Shown here piece after piece: positions 39,129 through 48,914 of a stretch of 64,000 nt of DNA. The stretch lies in assembly GCA_963835065.1 (NCBI GenBank), contig CAWIEK010000015.1, positions 1 through 64,000 of the forward strand, in the 5' to 3' direction. How positions within the stretch are numbered: position 1 is the first letter of the stretch; each line of letters opens with the position of its first letter. The stretch is from an uncultured Chthonomonadaceae bacterium. Its GTDB lineage: Bacteria > Armatimonadota > Chthonomonadetes > Chthonomonadales > Chthonomonadaceae. Below the pieces are notes generated by a model. That model saw only the letters and a program-made list of their open reading frames with translations. It searched no databases and was not told the DNA's origin. Position numbers and translations under genes: made by a program.

Positions 39129-39365
39129 TTACACTTCGCGGGCTAACTGCCGCACAAGGTCAGCGACGATTTGTTCCGCAAGGCGCTCCACGCTGCCGCC
39201 GGGAGTGGCCGTTGCCGCAACCGAAAGCGTGTCAAGATAGCGGGAGGCCGCCACATCCGGCGCGTCGGCCAGTCCCTGCGCCACCAGCGTCGCCAACCGC
39301 TTGCCGTCGCTTTCCGAAATCCCGGTCAAGTTCAGCGCCAGCCGATTGATTGTAACCGCCGCCAT
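39129..39365 (-). CDS. Small eCIS-associated hypothetical protein
   Basis: 78-aa ORF with SD GGAG, co-oriented in the operon. Confidence 0.6.
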   Translation of the reverse strand: MAAVTINRLALNLTGISESDGKRLATLVAQGLADAPDVAASRYLDTLSVAATATPGGSVERLAEQIVADLVRQLAREV

Positions 39366-39456
39366 GTTTCCGCTCCCCTGTATTGAACATCTTTCACAGT
39401 TCCTCGCTAAGTTCGGTCAGGCAGGCTCATCAAAGAACTTATGAAAAAAGTTTCTT

Positions 39457-41575
39457 TCAGCTTTCCCACTCGCCGGGGCGCGCGACAATGCCATGTTTTG
39501 CCAGTTCGCGCCGACAGGCCGCAAGCAGATGCCGCATTTCGATTTTCGCGCCTTCGGAATGGGCCAGAAACGCCGCGCTCAACGCCGCGTTTTTGATGTC
39601 CGCGCCGGTCATCGTCAGGCGGTCCGCCAGCCATTGCCGATCCAGATTTCCCAGCAGCGCGGTTCCGTCCGGGGCGTGTTCCGGCAGCGCGCGCCGCCAC
39701 AATTCCAGCCGTTCCCCCGGCCCGGGCGGCAGGAAATCCAGCACAAACCGCAGTCGGCGCAGAAAGGCGCTGTCAATATCCGCCTTCCGGTTTGTGGCGA
39801 GAATGGCGATCCCGTCGTACTGCTCCAGGCGCTGCAGCAGGTAGTTGATTTCGATATTGGCAAACCGGTCGTGCGCGTCCTTGACCTGAGTGCGCTGCCC
39901 GAACAGCGCGTCGGCCTCGTCGAAGAACAGCAGCGCGTTGGCCCGCTCGCAGCCGTCGAAAACCTGCTTCAGCCGTTTTTCGGTTTCGCCGATGTACTTG
40001 TTCATCACTTCCGACAGGTCAATCCGAAACAGTTCCAGATCGAGGGCGCGGGCCAGCACCTGCGCGGCCATCGTTTTGCCCGTCCCGCTCGGCCCCGCGA
40101 ACAGCGCGCTGATGCCGCGTCCCAGGGGTGTCAATTTCCCCAATCCCCACTCGTCATACACCAGCATCGCGCAAACGCGCCTGCGCCGCAAACTCGCTCA
40201 AATGCTTTCGGATGCCCGGCGGCAGCACCAGGTCGTCCCACGTGTACGGGCAGGGCAGGGGCGCGAGCAGGTCGCCCGCCATTTGCGAAACCTGCTGGCG
40301 GCATACCGCGAGTATCGCGTCCCGGCCTGCCGGGGCTGCCTGCGCCGCCAGGCTGATTTCCTGCGGCGTCAGCGTCCATTCGGCGACGGGCGCGGGCAGG
40401 GGCGCGTCGGTCAGCCGGCTCCACAGGGATAGGCGTTGCGGGCGGGTCAGGCGCGGCAGCCGAAACGCGCGGCGCATCGTTCCCGCGCCCGGCCTCGCCG
40501 AAAGCGGCGCGGTTCCCAGGTAAAAGGTCAGGTTTTCGGCTTCGGGCAGGCTTTGCCGGCAGGCGGGCTGCGCCTGCTCCGCGTCGCGCCAGCACAGCAA
40601 TCCGGGATGCAGCTTCGCCGCCCGAATCGCCCGCAGCAGATTTCCCTTTGCCTGCCCGATGGCAACGTCCGGGCCGAGCAGAATGGCCGCATCCCCAACC
40701 AGCAACGCGCTATGAAGACAGTCCGCAATCTGCGCCGCAAGCGTTTCCCGCCCCGCTCCCATCGGCCCGATCAGTTCGATTTCGATGGGCGCGGACGTTT
40801 GCCGCCGGACGCCCTGCACGAACTGTACAACCGCGTCGCGCAGTTCCGGGTAAAAACATTCGGCCTCCTGCGCGTCCCGTCTGGCTTCGCGGAGTCCCGC
40901 AGAGCCGATTTCCCCTCCGCGCCCATTGCGGCCTGTCAGGAACAGGATCAATGCCGGGTCGGGAATCCAGGGCGCGGTTTGCGACCATGCCAACGCTCCC
41001 GCTTCCAGCGGTGTCGCCAACATCCAGCGAACTAACGCCGATTCCGGCCCGATACGCGCCCCCTCCGGCCACTCGAATAACGCCGACGCCAGCCAGGGCG
41101 AGGGCCAGCAGGCCGCCACATCATCGTTCAGATAGCCATAGGCGCGGCGCAGGGGCGGCGCGATTTCCGCCGCGACAGCCAGCAGCAGCAACTCACCCTC
41201 CTGCGGCGATAGCCCGCAAACCTCTTGGAGCCGCGCCCAGGCCGCGTCCTGCGCCAGCCGCGCTTCGGCGCGTTCGATGTCCCGGCTCACGTTTTGCGCT
41301 TCCGGGTCCTGCTCGTAAAACGCGGCTTCCATCGCGGCCTGAATTTCGGGCGCGGCCAGCAGGCGATCCACCTCGCTGTGCGGTATCGCCATGCCCTGTT
41401 CGCCTTCGACCTGTCCGTTCGCCCACTGCGCGCGCAGCCACAAAACGCGCTTCCAGACGCGCAGACGCGCCACTTCTATCAGGGGCGACTCCGATCCCAC
41501 ACCCTGCGTTTCGCTTCCGCAGTCAGGCGGCATAGCATTTGCGAAAACAGCGTTTGCTATGATAGCGTTTGCCAT
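39457..41575 (-). CDS. AAA+ ATPase (Afp15-like; frameshift near 40185)
   Basis: WDDLVLP, GPSGTGKT, NKYIGETEK, LFFDEADALFG, LATN, DSAFLRR. Confidence 0.9.
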
Positions 41576-41577
41576 GT

Positions 41578-42927
41578 TTACGGAATCCTGACCCACATCG
41601 CGGGCGCTGATTCGACGTGATTGACCCGGACGCGAATACCATAGCGGCCTGTCGGCAGGCCGGCAGGCGGCTGGAACTGAATCTGCGCGTCGCCCAACAC
41701 GGTAAACTGGCCCGCCCCGACAGCCGCGTTCTCTATAAGCGGCGTCCCACCAATGACAACCTGTGTTTTCCCCGCCAGAAACCCGGCTCCATTCAGCGTC
41801 AAGGCCGCGCCCGCATAAGTGAGTACAGGAGACGGCGCGGCGGCATCCACCCGTGCCGCGATGCTGAACGGCGTAGCATTGGTGCGGTTCGCGCCCAATC
41901 CGACGCTGAGTTGGTATAGCCCAGGGGGAAACCCCGCCGGGGCAGGGAGTGTCAGATGCAGTTTGGCGTCGCTGTTGTCAATCACCGTCGCGTCAATCCA
42001 GGCGCTGACGTCCTGATCCGGCAGGTTCGGCTGAAGCAAAAACAATTTTATCGGGAGCGGCGGGACGGGCTGAAATCCGGCTCCGTACAGCAGAAAACTT
42101 TCGCCCGGCGCGGCCACAGCGGGTAAGGCGTCGTAATCGCTCAGGCTGCGCCCCGGCTCATCGCTCGGAACCGCGTCCGGGCCGCGCAAATCGGCTGCGG
42201 CGCGAACATCGTCCGGCCCGAAATAGCGAACATGGCGGAAGGCCGCGGTCACCTGTCCCGAATCCGCATAGGGCAAGTTTGTCGGTGCGACGGCAAGCGC
42301 GACCCTCTGAACCTTCGGCATGGCACGCCGCTCGTCCTCCTGCGGCTGAATGAACACCACGCTGACCTTGTACACAACCGAAAGGCGCATCGCGGCGGTT
42401 GTCGCCTGCCACAGCCGGGCAATCTCGTCGGAACTTTCGGTTTCCATCGTCAGGCAGAACTCGCCTTTGGGACGCCCGTCGCGCGCCAGCGTCACATTGC
42501 GCACAAGCGGCTTTTCGTGAAAACATTTCAGCGCGATACTCATAGCCTGCTGTTCTTCGATGTAGCGGTTCTCAGAGTAAGCGGAAAGCAGGTAATAGAG
42601 TTCGAGCGCAAGCGGCTGAAACGGGATCGGCGTGGCGCGCGTTCGGTCTCCCGTCACCGGCGTATTGCGCTGGTAGGGCGAGGGCGCGACATGAAACAGA
42701 TACATACTAAGCAGGCAGCCTGTGCTGTTGCCGCGCGCATCGGGCGCATTGCCGGTCACGGTGATGTCGAACGCCATGCCGGGATCTTCCAATGGCGGGG
42801 AAAGCGGCACTCCCTCCGGCGTCGGCTCCAGACTCCAAATCTGATTTGGCGGCACGGCAATGGCGTCGCGCAGCATCTGGATCAGATGGTCCGTGATTAT
42901 GGAGAGATCGAGCAAGCCCATCGGCAT
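41578..42927 (-). CDS. DUF4255/Pvc16-like cap protein with C-terminal extension
   Basis: LSMYLFHV…RN, LELYYLLSAY, RLSVVYKVSVV, followed by ~250 aa of beta-rich sequence. Confidence 0.8.
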   Translation of the reverse strand: MPMGLLDLSIITDHLIQMLRDAIAVPPNQIWSLEPTPEGVPLSPPLEDPGMAFDITVTGNAPDARGNSTGCLLSMYLFHVAPSPYQRNTPVTGDRTRATPIPFQPLALELYYLLSAYSENRYIEEQQAMSIALKCFHEKPLVRNVTLARDGRPKGEFCLTMETESSDEIARLWQATTAAMRLSVVYKVSVVFIQPQEDERRAMPKVQRVALAVAPTNLPYADSGQVTAAFRHVRYFGPDDVRAAADLRGPDAVPSDEPGRSLSDYDALPAVAAPGESFLLYGAGFQPVPPLPIKLFLLQPNLPDQDVSAWIDATVIDNSDAKLHLTLPAPAGFPPGLYQLSVGLGANRTNATPFSIAARVDAAAPSPVLTYAGAALTLNGAGFLAGKTQVVIGGTPLIENAAVGAGQFTVLGDAQIQFQPPAGLPTGRYGIRVRVNHVESAPAMWVRIP

Positions 42928-42940
42928 GGAACCACGTCTC

Positions 42941-43922
42941 CTAGCTTTGCCGCAGCCCAAGCGGCGAACCAAAGTCCCGCGCCAGCGAACCGACAGGCGG
43001 AGCGGCGGGCGGGCGCGGCGGTATAATCGGAACCGGAAGTGGAGCGGGCGTAATCCGTATCTCAACGCTGCCGATATGAACGGTCGGCGTTGGCGCTGCC
43101 GTTGTTTCGCGGTCACGCTCCGCTCCTATCGGCCTCTGAATGGGCGCAGGAGATGGCGGTGACGGCGCGGCCAATGGCTGCAAAGATTGCGGCGGCGTTT
43201 CCGGGCGGGGGCTTTCCGGGCGCGTCTCGTTTCGCGCAGGCGTTTCCGCCGTCTGTCGAAAACGCGCTTCAGTTGCGGCAACGATTTCGGGGCGCAGCCG
43301 GGTTGTCGGCGACAAATCCTGCGCGGGCAAGGCAGGCCGTAGCGCTGCGAATTCGTTGTCTGCCGTAGTCGAAGCCGGGACAAGAAGCGACGGCGTTTCG
43401 GCTGTTGGCGCAGAAGTCGGTTTGGAACGCGATATGCGCGCATCCGTCCGCGTTCGCGCAGTTGCGGTGAGCGTGGACGGCGCGGGAATAGGCTCCGGCA
43501 GCGCGGCAACTTCTGCTGATTTCAACTTGCGGGCTGACAATTCCGGGTTGGCGGGCGCATTGGTAAAGTCGGCAGGTGAAAATGGTTCACGCTGTACCGC
43601 CTGGGCATTACTCTGTGGCGCGACGGGAATGGCATTGCTCAAGGGTATCGCCGTCTCTGTGTTGTCGGCAGCGCGCGTCTTATCAGAGTGGCGCGGACAT
43701 AGGCAGGGAAGACAGGATTGGGCGACTCGGCGCGGCCTCTCGCGGCGCGGCTGCCGGAACAGCCTCCATGCCGTTTATCGCCGCCTCGCTGTCGGGCGGG
43801 AGCGAAGTGGACGCCGTTTCCCAGCGCCGCAGCAGGGGATGCAGCGGCTGCAGCGGCTGTGGCGCTAACCCGCCCCGCTGTCCGTATCCCGCAATGCGCC
43901 GAAAATAAGAGGCTCCTGCCAT
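42941..43922 (-). CDS. Pro/Ala-rich eCIS protein (frameshift near 43680)
   Basis: N-terminal ASYFRRIA and C-terminal VHIGSVEIR in two overlapping frames. Confidence 0.6.
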
Positions 43923-43936
43923 AATCAATCCTCAAC

Positions 43937-44704
43937 TTAAAGACTCTGCCGGATGCGCTCGGCGTACTGGCAACGTCGGGCGCGGGGCAAAGCAAGTATG
44001 TCCGCTTCGCGCCAGTGATACCGGCTCGCCAGCAGATGCGCGTCGTCGTAAAGAAACGCCGCTTGTCCGCGCAGTTCCTGCAAGGTGAAAGCGCGCGGCT
44101 CGAACGCGATTTGTACCGTCGCGCCACACTCCGGGCAGACCGCCTCCAAAATGCTGTCCAATCCGGGCGCAAGGCTTTCCAGCGCGGCTTCGACTCGCTT
44201 CCGCAGCCGGGATTCTGGCGGGGCGGGACGAACGCAGCGCGCCATCAGCGCTCCCGCAGGCTCAGGCTGGCCGGCGACGGCAATCTGGTCGCCCAATGTC
44301 GGTATCCGAAACGTAATCGGCGCGTTGTCAAGGCAAAACCAGCCGTCTTCGCTCGCCGACGCGACGCCACGCGGAACTGTTGGCGCGCAGTGCGCCAGAT
44401 AATCGCCCACGCGCAGCGTCACATCCAGCCGCGTCCGGCAGTCCCCCCGCCTGCACGCGCTTTCCGCCCGTATGGTATCGCCGAACTCCCTTTGACGGAG
44501 ATGCAGCAGCAGCGCGTCGGCATCGGTCACGGGCAGCGCTTCCCATCCGACTGCCTGCCCGTCCACAAACCGTCCCGTCCGGCTGAGAAGGGAAGCGGCC
44601 AGCGCGGCGGTATTATTATCAGGCGATTCAAGCAGCAGGGCGTCTTCCATGCCGGTCAAGGCTGTCAGTTCCACCACGCGCCTGCTGACGGGCAAAACAA
44701 TCAT
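43937..44704 (-). CDS. Baseplate/tail assembly protein with CxxC motifs
   Basis: DALLLHLRQREFG, CPECG, HLLASRYHWREADILAL. Confidence 0.75.
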   Translation of the reverse strand: MIVLPVSRRVVELTALTGMEDALLLESPDNNTAALAASLLSRTGRFVDGQAVGWEALPVTDADALLLHLRQREFGDTIRAESACRRGDCRTRLDVTLRVGDYLAHCAPTVPRGVASASEDGWFCLDNAPITFRIPTLGDQIAVAGQPEPAGALMARCVRPAPPESRLRKRVEAALESLAPGLDSILEAVCPECGATVQIAFEPRAFTLQELRGQAAFLYDDAHLLASRYHWREADILALPRARRCQYAERIRQSL

Positions 44705-44710
44705 GATCCG

Positions 44711-45220
44711 TTATTTTTCCTGCGGTTCCGACAGCGAAAGGTCGCGCTCCCAACCCTCGTTTTCCAGTTTGATATGCTCCACCGCGACCGCATTGCCGCC
44801 CGCGTCCAAATCCGGCAGCGCCTGAAACTCCGAAACCCAGGCGCGATGCACGACATAGCGGATCACAGGCTGCCCCGCCTCGTTAAGCAGTTCGATGCGG
44901 ACTTCGCGCCGGAGGTTTTTCAGCGACTGCGTGGCCGCGCCTTTGTCCAGAACCTGCGCGGCGTTGGCCCAATCCTCAAAATCGGTGTCATGCGTGACGC
45001 CGCGCTCCAGCGTGATGGCGTCGTATTTCGTGCGCCCAAGACCTTTGCGGATGATCGCGTTGCCGCCCTCTTTGTACTCGATAGCGTCCGAAGAGCGCTT
45101 CATGCCGCCGACCTTGCTGACGCCCGCGACCGGCGTTGTTCCCGTTCCGAAATAGACCAGAAAGCGGAAACTCTTGTAAGGATCGAAACGGCTGACGTTT
45201 ACGGAAAACGGCTTGCTCAT
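44711..45220 (-). CDS. Tail tube protein (T4 gp19-like, Afp1/5)
   Basis: RFDPYKSFRF, ITLERGVT, LDAGGNAVAVEHIKLENEG. Confidence 0.93.
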   Translation of the reverse strand: MSKPFSVNVSRFDPYKSFRFLVYFGTGTTPVAGVSKVGGMKRSSDAIEYKEGGNAIIRKGLGRTKYDAITLERGVTHDTDFEDWANAAQVLDKGAATQSLKNLRREVRIELLNEAGQPVIRYVVHRAWVSEFQALPDLDAGGNAVAVEHIKLENEGWERDLSLSEPQEK

Positions 45221-45313
45221 GCCTCACTCCTTTATGAAAAATAAATCTGATTCCCAATGCCTACTGCCTACTGCCTATTGCCTGATGCCTAATGCCTAAT
45301 GCCTGATGCCTTA

Positions 45314-46888
45314 TCAGGACTGCGCCTGCCCCGCCATCTGCGCGATTTTAACGACGACGAACTCGGCGGGCTTGAGCGGCGCGAAGGCGACGATGATATT
45401 GACGATGCCGTTCACCTGATCATCCGACGTGGTCGTGGAAGCGTCGCATTTCACCTGAAACGCCTGACTCGGCGTGGTTCCCTGCAGCGCGCCCTGCTGG
45501 AACAGCGACAGCATGAAGTTTTCGATGCTGGTGCGAATGGCGACCCAAAGGGGCGTGTCGTTCGGCTCGAAAACCACCCATCCCAAATTGCGCAGCAGCG
45601 TTTGCTCGATAAACAGTGCCATGCGCCGCACGGGAACGTACTTCCATTGCTGATACGCGACGTTGCTGGAAACCAGCGTTCGCGCGCCGTAAACCACTGT
45701 GCCGACGCCGGGAAAGGTTCGCAGGCAGTTGACGCCGTCCAGGTTGAGCGCGCCCTGCATGGGATCGGTCATGCGCCCGCTGTCCACCACGCCCGTCGTG
45801 TCCAGCAGGGTGGTTTCCAGTCCGGCGGGAGCCTTCCACACGCCGCGATTGGTGTCGGTACGCGCGAAAATTCCCGCCACATAGCCGCTCGGCGGCAGGT
45901 TTTTCGGCTGCCCGGTCAGCGCGTCGGAGGTCTTCACATAGGGGAAGTACAGCGCGCCATTCGCGCTTTTGGGAGCCGTGTTATTGATGTAGCTGTCAAT
46001 TCCGGTTGTGGTAAGATCGGCGGGAGTCTGGGCGGGCGGATCCATGATGAAAAACGCCTGCTTATGCTCGCAGAAGGCCAGAGCCGCGCTCAAAATGGAA
46101 ACGTCCGAAACGCCGGGAATCGCCATCAGGTTGAAAATCGAAACTTTATCCAGGTCGCTGTTCGCCTCAAAGACCTTTGTAAAATCCAGCGCGCTGAAGG
46201 TGGTGGCGAATCCGATAGGCGGCGCCTGGGAATTGGCAGGCAGATCCGTGACCGCCGCGATGAATGCCGTGCCGTATAAAGGGCTGGGCGCAACGGAAAC
46301 CAGGCTGGAAGCGTTGTTGATGCGGTTCTGAAGGTGATTCTTATTGGTGTCGGGGGTGCCCGTGAGGGTGACGCCGCGAAAAGTCTCCACCGAAGGGCCG
46401 TAAACAATGGTGATGTCGGCGGTATCGAGGGCGCTGCTTACAGAGGCGCGGGGATTGCCCAGATTGATGTGCATTTTCAGCAATCCATCGGTCGGCTGCT
46501 TGCCCGTGAACTCCAGGCCTCCGCCTGTTGTGGCAATTGTGGCTTTGGGCGGCGCAAGCGCGCCGCTGCCGCCGAGAACGTTGTTCGACATACCCATATA
46601 CCGTGCTTGAAGACCGACTACGTAGCAGTCGGAACCGCCATTCAGGAAAAACTCGTTCACGGCGTAGGCGACGTTGGCATCCACAAGCCCGCTGGAAAAG
46701 AAGCCGCCGAACTCGCGCTCGTAGTCGGTGAAGCTGAACAGCCGTACCGCCTTATTAAAGTTGTTGGTTTTGAACGGGTGCGTGTAGCCCACAAAAACGG
46801 CGATAGACGTGGCCGCTGCGGTAATGGTATGGGCGCTGTTCGGCAGCTCTTCGATGTAGATGCCGGGATAGGACACGGTAACTGGCAT
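45314..46888 (-). CDS. Tail sheath protein
   Basis: YPGIYIEE, PPSGYVAGIFARTD…GVWKAPAG, YVPVRR, VFEPND, PAEFV. Confidence 0.96.
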   Translation of the reverse strand: MPVTVSYPGIYIEELPNSAHTITAAATSIAVFVGYTHPFKTNNFNKAVRLFSFTDYEREFGGFFSSGLVDANVAYAVNEFFLNGGSDCYVVGLQARYMGMSNNVLGGSGALAPPKATIATTGGGLEFTGKQPTDGLLKMHINLGNPRASVSSALDTADITIVYGPSVETFRGVTLTGTPDTNKNHLQNRINNASSLVSVAPSPLYGTAFIAAVTDLPANSQAPPIGFATTFSALDFTKVFEANSDLDKVSIFNLMAIPGVSDVSILSAALAFCEHKQAFFIMDPPAQTPADLTTTGIDSYINNTAPKSANGALYFPYVKTSDALTGQPKNLPPSGYVAGIFARTDTNRGVWKAPAGLETTLLDTTGVVDSGRMTDPMQGALNLDGVNCLRTFPGVGTVVYGARTLVSSNVAYQQWKYVPVRRMALFIEQTLLRNLGWVVFEPNDTPLWVAIRTSIENFMLSLFQQGALQGTTPSQAFQVKCDASTTTSDDQVNGIVNIIVAFAPLKPAEFVVVKIAQMAGQAQS

Positions 46889-47022
46889 GACGTTCCTCCA
46901 AAATCAGAGAGTACGCAGGGCGGCGCGGGCAAGGGATTTTAGAGCCTCTCCCAGCAGGCGCGGCATTTGCGTCCGCAGGAGGCTTGACCTTTCCTGCCGG
47001 GTTAGGCAGTACCCGGCTTATT

Positions 47023-47841
47023 TTAGCCGGTGGCGACAATCGCTTTGGCGCTGACTGCAGCCTGCGCGTCCGCTCCTCCCGCAAGCATGACGACACCGGG
47101 GGCGGGGGGAGCAAACCCGCCATCTGGCGCGTCGGCCTTAATGAGATAGCCGAAATTGGCGTTCATGTTGGCGAGGGTATCGGTTTTCGCGGTTTTCCAG
47201 ACGGTGGTAAGCGTAAACTTATTGTTGTCGGCGTCCACATTGGAAATCGTTGCGACGATGCTATTGCCGTCCGCTCCGCTGTCCCGTGCTTCCAAAGTGA
47301 AAGCGGCTCCGGCTCCCGTATTTTTAGCCACATCTTTCGTGGCTTTGCCGCCGTTGCCGCCCGCAAGGGGATAGTCGCCGTTTTTGGGAAGCGTGTACGG
47401 CCCCGCGCCCTTCAAATGCACAAGGCCGCCCGCGCCTAAAACAGCGGCAAGAGTGTCCGGCGTCAGTCCGGCATACGTTTCCGTTTCGCTGACGGTAATG
47501 CTGGCTTTTGTGTTGCCGGGCGTCACCTTATCCGGGACGACATCGGTGAACGTGACCTGAATGTTGTTGCCTGCCGGTCCGGGGTCTTTGGCGGTGAGGA
47601 CAACCGCATCCGTGATAGGCGCGGGCGTGGGGTCCGGCTTGAGAACGCCGCTTTGCGCGAGCTGGTTCAGCCAGGCCGTCAATTGTGTCTGATCCGCAGG
47701 CTGCAGGCTGCTGTAAGACGGCCAGGAAGTGGTTACGATTGTCGTGCCGTTGAACTGCAGGTCGGCTAAGGGAATGGAAATTTGCTTGCCGTTGGTATCC
47801 GTGTAAAAAACAGGGGCGGTCCCCAACACGCTTGTAGCCAT
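47023..47841 (-). CDS. Thr/Gly-rich hypothetical protein with sheath-like beta motifs, first gene of the eCIS operon
   Basis: SD GAGGAG; two copies of a motif (LTAKDPGPAGNNIQV, LEARDSGADGNSIVA) resembling tail-sheath outer domains. Confidence 0.6.
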   Translation of the reverse strand: MATSVLGTAPVFYTDTNGKQISIPLADLQFNGTTIVTTSWPSYSSLQPADQTQLTAWLNQLAQSGVLKPDPTPAPITDAVVLTAKDPGPAGNNIQVTFTDVVPDKVTPGNTKASITVSETETYAGLTPDTLAAVLGAGGLVHLKGAGPYTLPKNGDYPLAGGNGGKATKDVAKNTGAGAAFTLEARDSGADGNSIVATISNVDADNNKFTLTTVWKTAKTDTLANMNANFGYLIKADAPDGGFAPPAPGVVMLAGGADAQAAVSAKAIVATG

Positions 47842-48109
47842 AACAGATCACTCCTCCTCAACAACATGCGTAACACGCGCGAATAGTTCTCTGGCGCGGA
47901 TTGATAGCAAAAACCATCCTAAAGCATACTTTAGAGGCAAATTTCACGCCTGTTGATAAGTTTATACGAACATCTATCAAATTCCTGCCTGTTTACTTTA
48001 TTTTTTAATCATTTTAGAATTTTCTTTTATCCAACAGTGGATTGGAAAGGCAGATAATTTTTGTCGCATCATGGTGGGGGAGTGGAGTTGGCAGGAACGC
48101 CTTAGCCTG

Positions 48110-48155
48110 AAAAACAACGCTGACGGCAATCCGATGTGATTGCCGTCAGCGTTGT
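48110..48155 (-). terminator. Perfect 18-bp hairpin, probable minus-strand terminator
   Basis: ACAACGCTGACGGCAATC, 6-nt loop, GATTGCCGTCAGCGTTGT, with T residues following on the minus strand. Confidence 0.6.
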
Positions 48156-48206
48156 GGACGAAGCAAAAAGACTGTGTTGCCGGCTGCTTCTGCAAGGAGT
48201 TGTTTA

Positions 48207-48235
48207 AGAAGGAGAGAACAGGATTCAAACCTACG
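48207..48235 (-). repeat. Duplicated tRNA-Ser 3' end (att-like scar)
   Basis: 26/29 identity to 48608-48636. Confidence 0.75.
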
Positions 48236-48249
48236 ATACGTATTGCTAA

Positions 48250-48492
48250 TCAAATTAAAATCGTTTGATGGCGATTCTTTTCAATCTCCGTCAGGAGTTC
48301 GTCCCAAGCTTCCCCTTCATATTTCGCGGCGAGAGGCGCAAGGGAACGTGGCACGAAAGAATCTTTTGGCTCGGTGACGCGATACCATTGTTCCAGCGCG
48401 CTACACAAAAGAGTATCCATATTCGCGCCCTGTGATCTTGCTTGCTCTACGCGGCGAACGGTTTCGGGCGATACCTCCAGAGTCAGCGTCAT
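48250..48492 (-). CDS. Small antitoxin-like hypothetical protein
   Basis: [11 protein letters not shown]… with SD GGAGGT; lies between the tRNA and its duplicated 3' end. Confidence 0.55.
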   Translation of the reverse strand: MTLTLEVSPETVRRVEQARSQGANMDTLLCSALEQWYRVTEPKDSFVPRSLAPLAAKYEGEAWDELLTEIEKNRHQTILI

Positions 48493-48610
48493 CTTGCGAA
48501 CCTCCACTTCCTGATCCTAATACGGCAACCCACCATAGCGCAACATTTCTGCATTGAGTTAAAATTGCGTCCTTCCCTCCATTGAATCGGAGGAAAGGAC
48601 GCTTTTGAGA

Positions 48611-48695
48611 AGGAGAGGACAGGATTCGAACCTGCGCATCCTTGCGGATGTCCTGTTTTCAAGACAGGTGCAATCGACCACTCTGCCACCTCTCC
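48611..48695 (-). tRNA. tRNA-Ser(TGA)
   Basis: GGAGAGG acceptor stem, CTTGAAA anticodon loop, long variable arm, GGTTCGAATCC; no encoded CCA. Confidence 0.93.
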
Positions 48696-48914
48696 AGGCC
48701 GTTGAGAGTTGATAGTTCATAGTTGATAGAGATGCAGGAACTACGAACTATCCGCGCCCCGCCAATTAGTATAACCCAAATGACCGCTGACGTCAAGAAC
48801 AGACTTATCCTGCCGCTCCGAGAACCTCCGTCTCCTTATCCGAACATGAGCATATTTACAGGTAAAGCCTCCTGTCTTGTCCTCCTATTTGCGTTTATTC
48901 GCGTGTATTTGCGG

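Noticed and set aside
22727..47841. Prophage or T6SS interpretation of the tail genes
   Set aside because: No capsid, portal, terminase, integrase or TssJLM-like genes; DUF4255, DUF4157 and the Afp15-type ATPase point to eCIS
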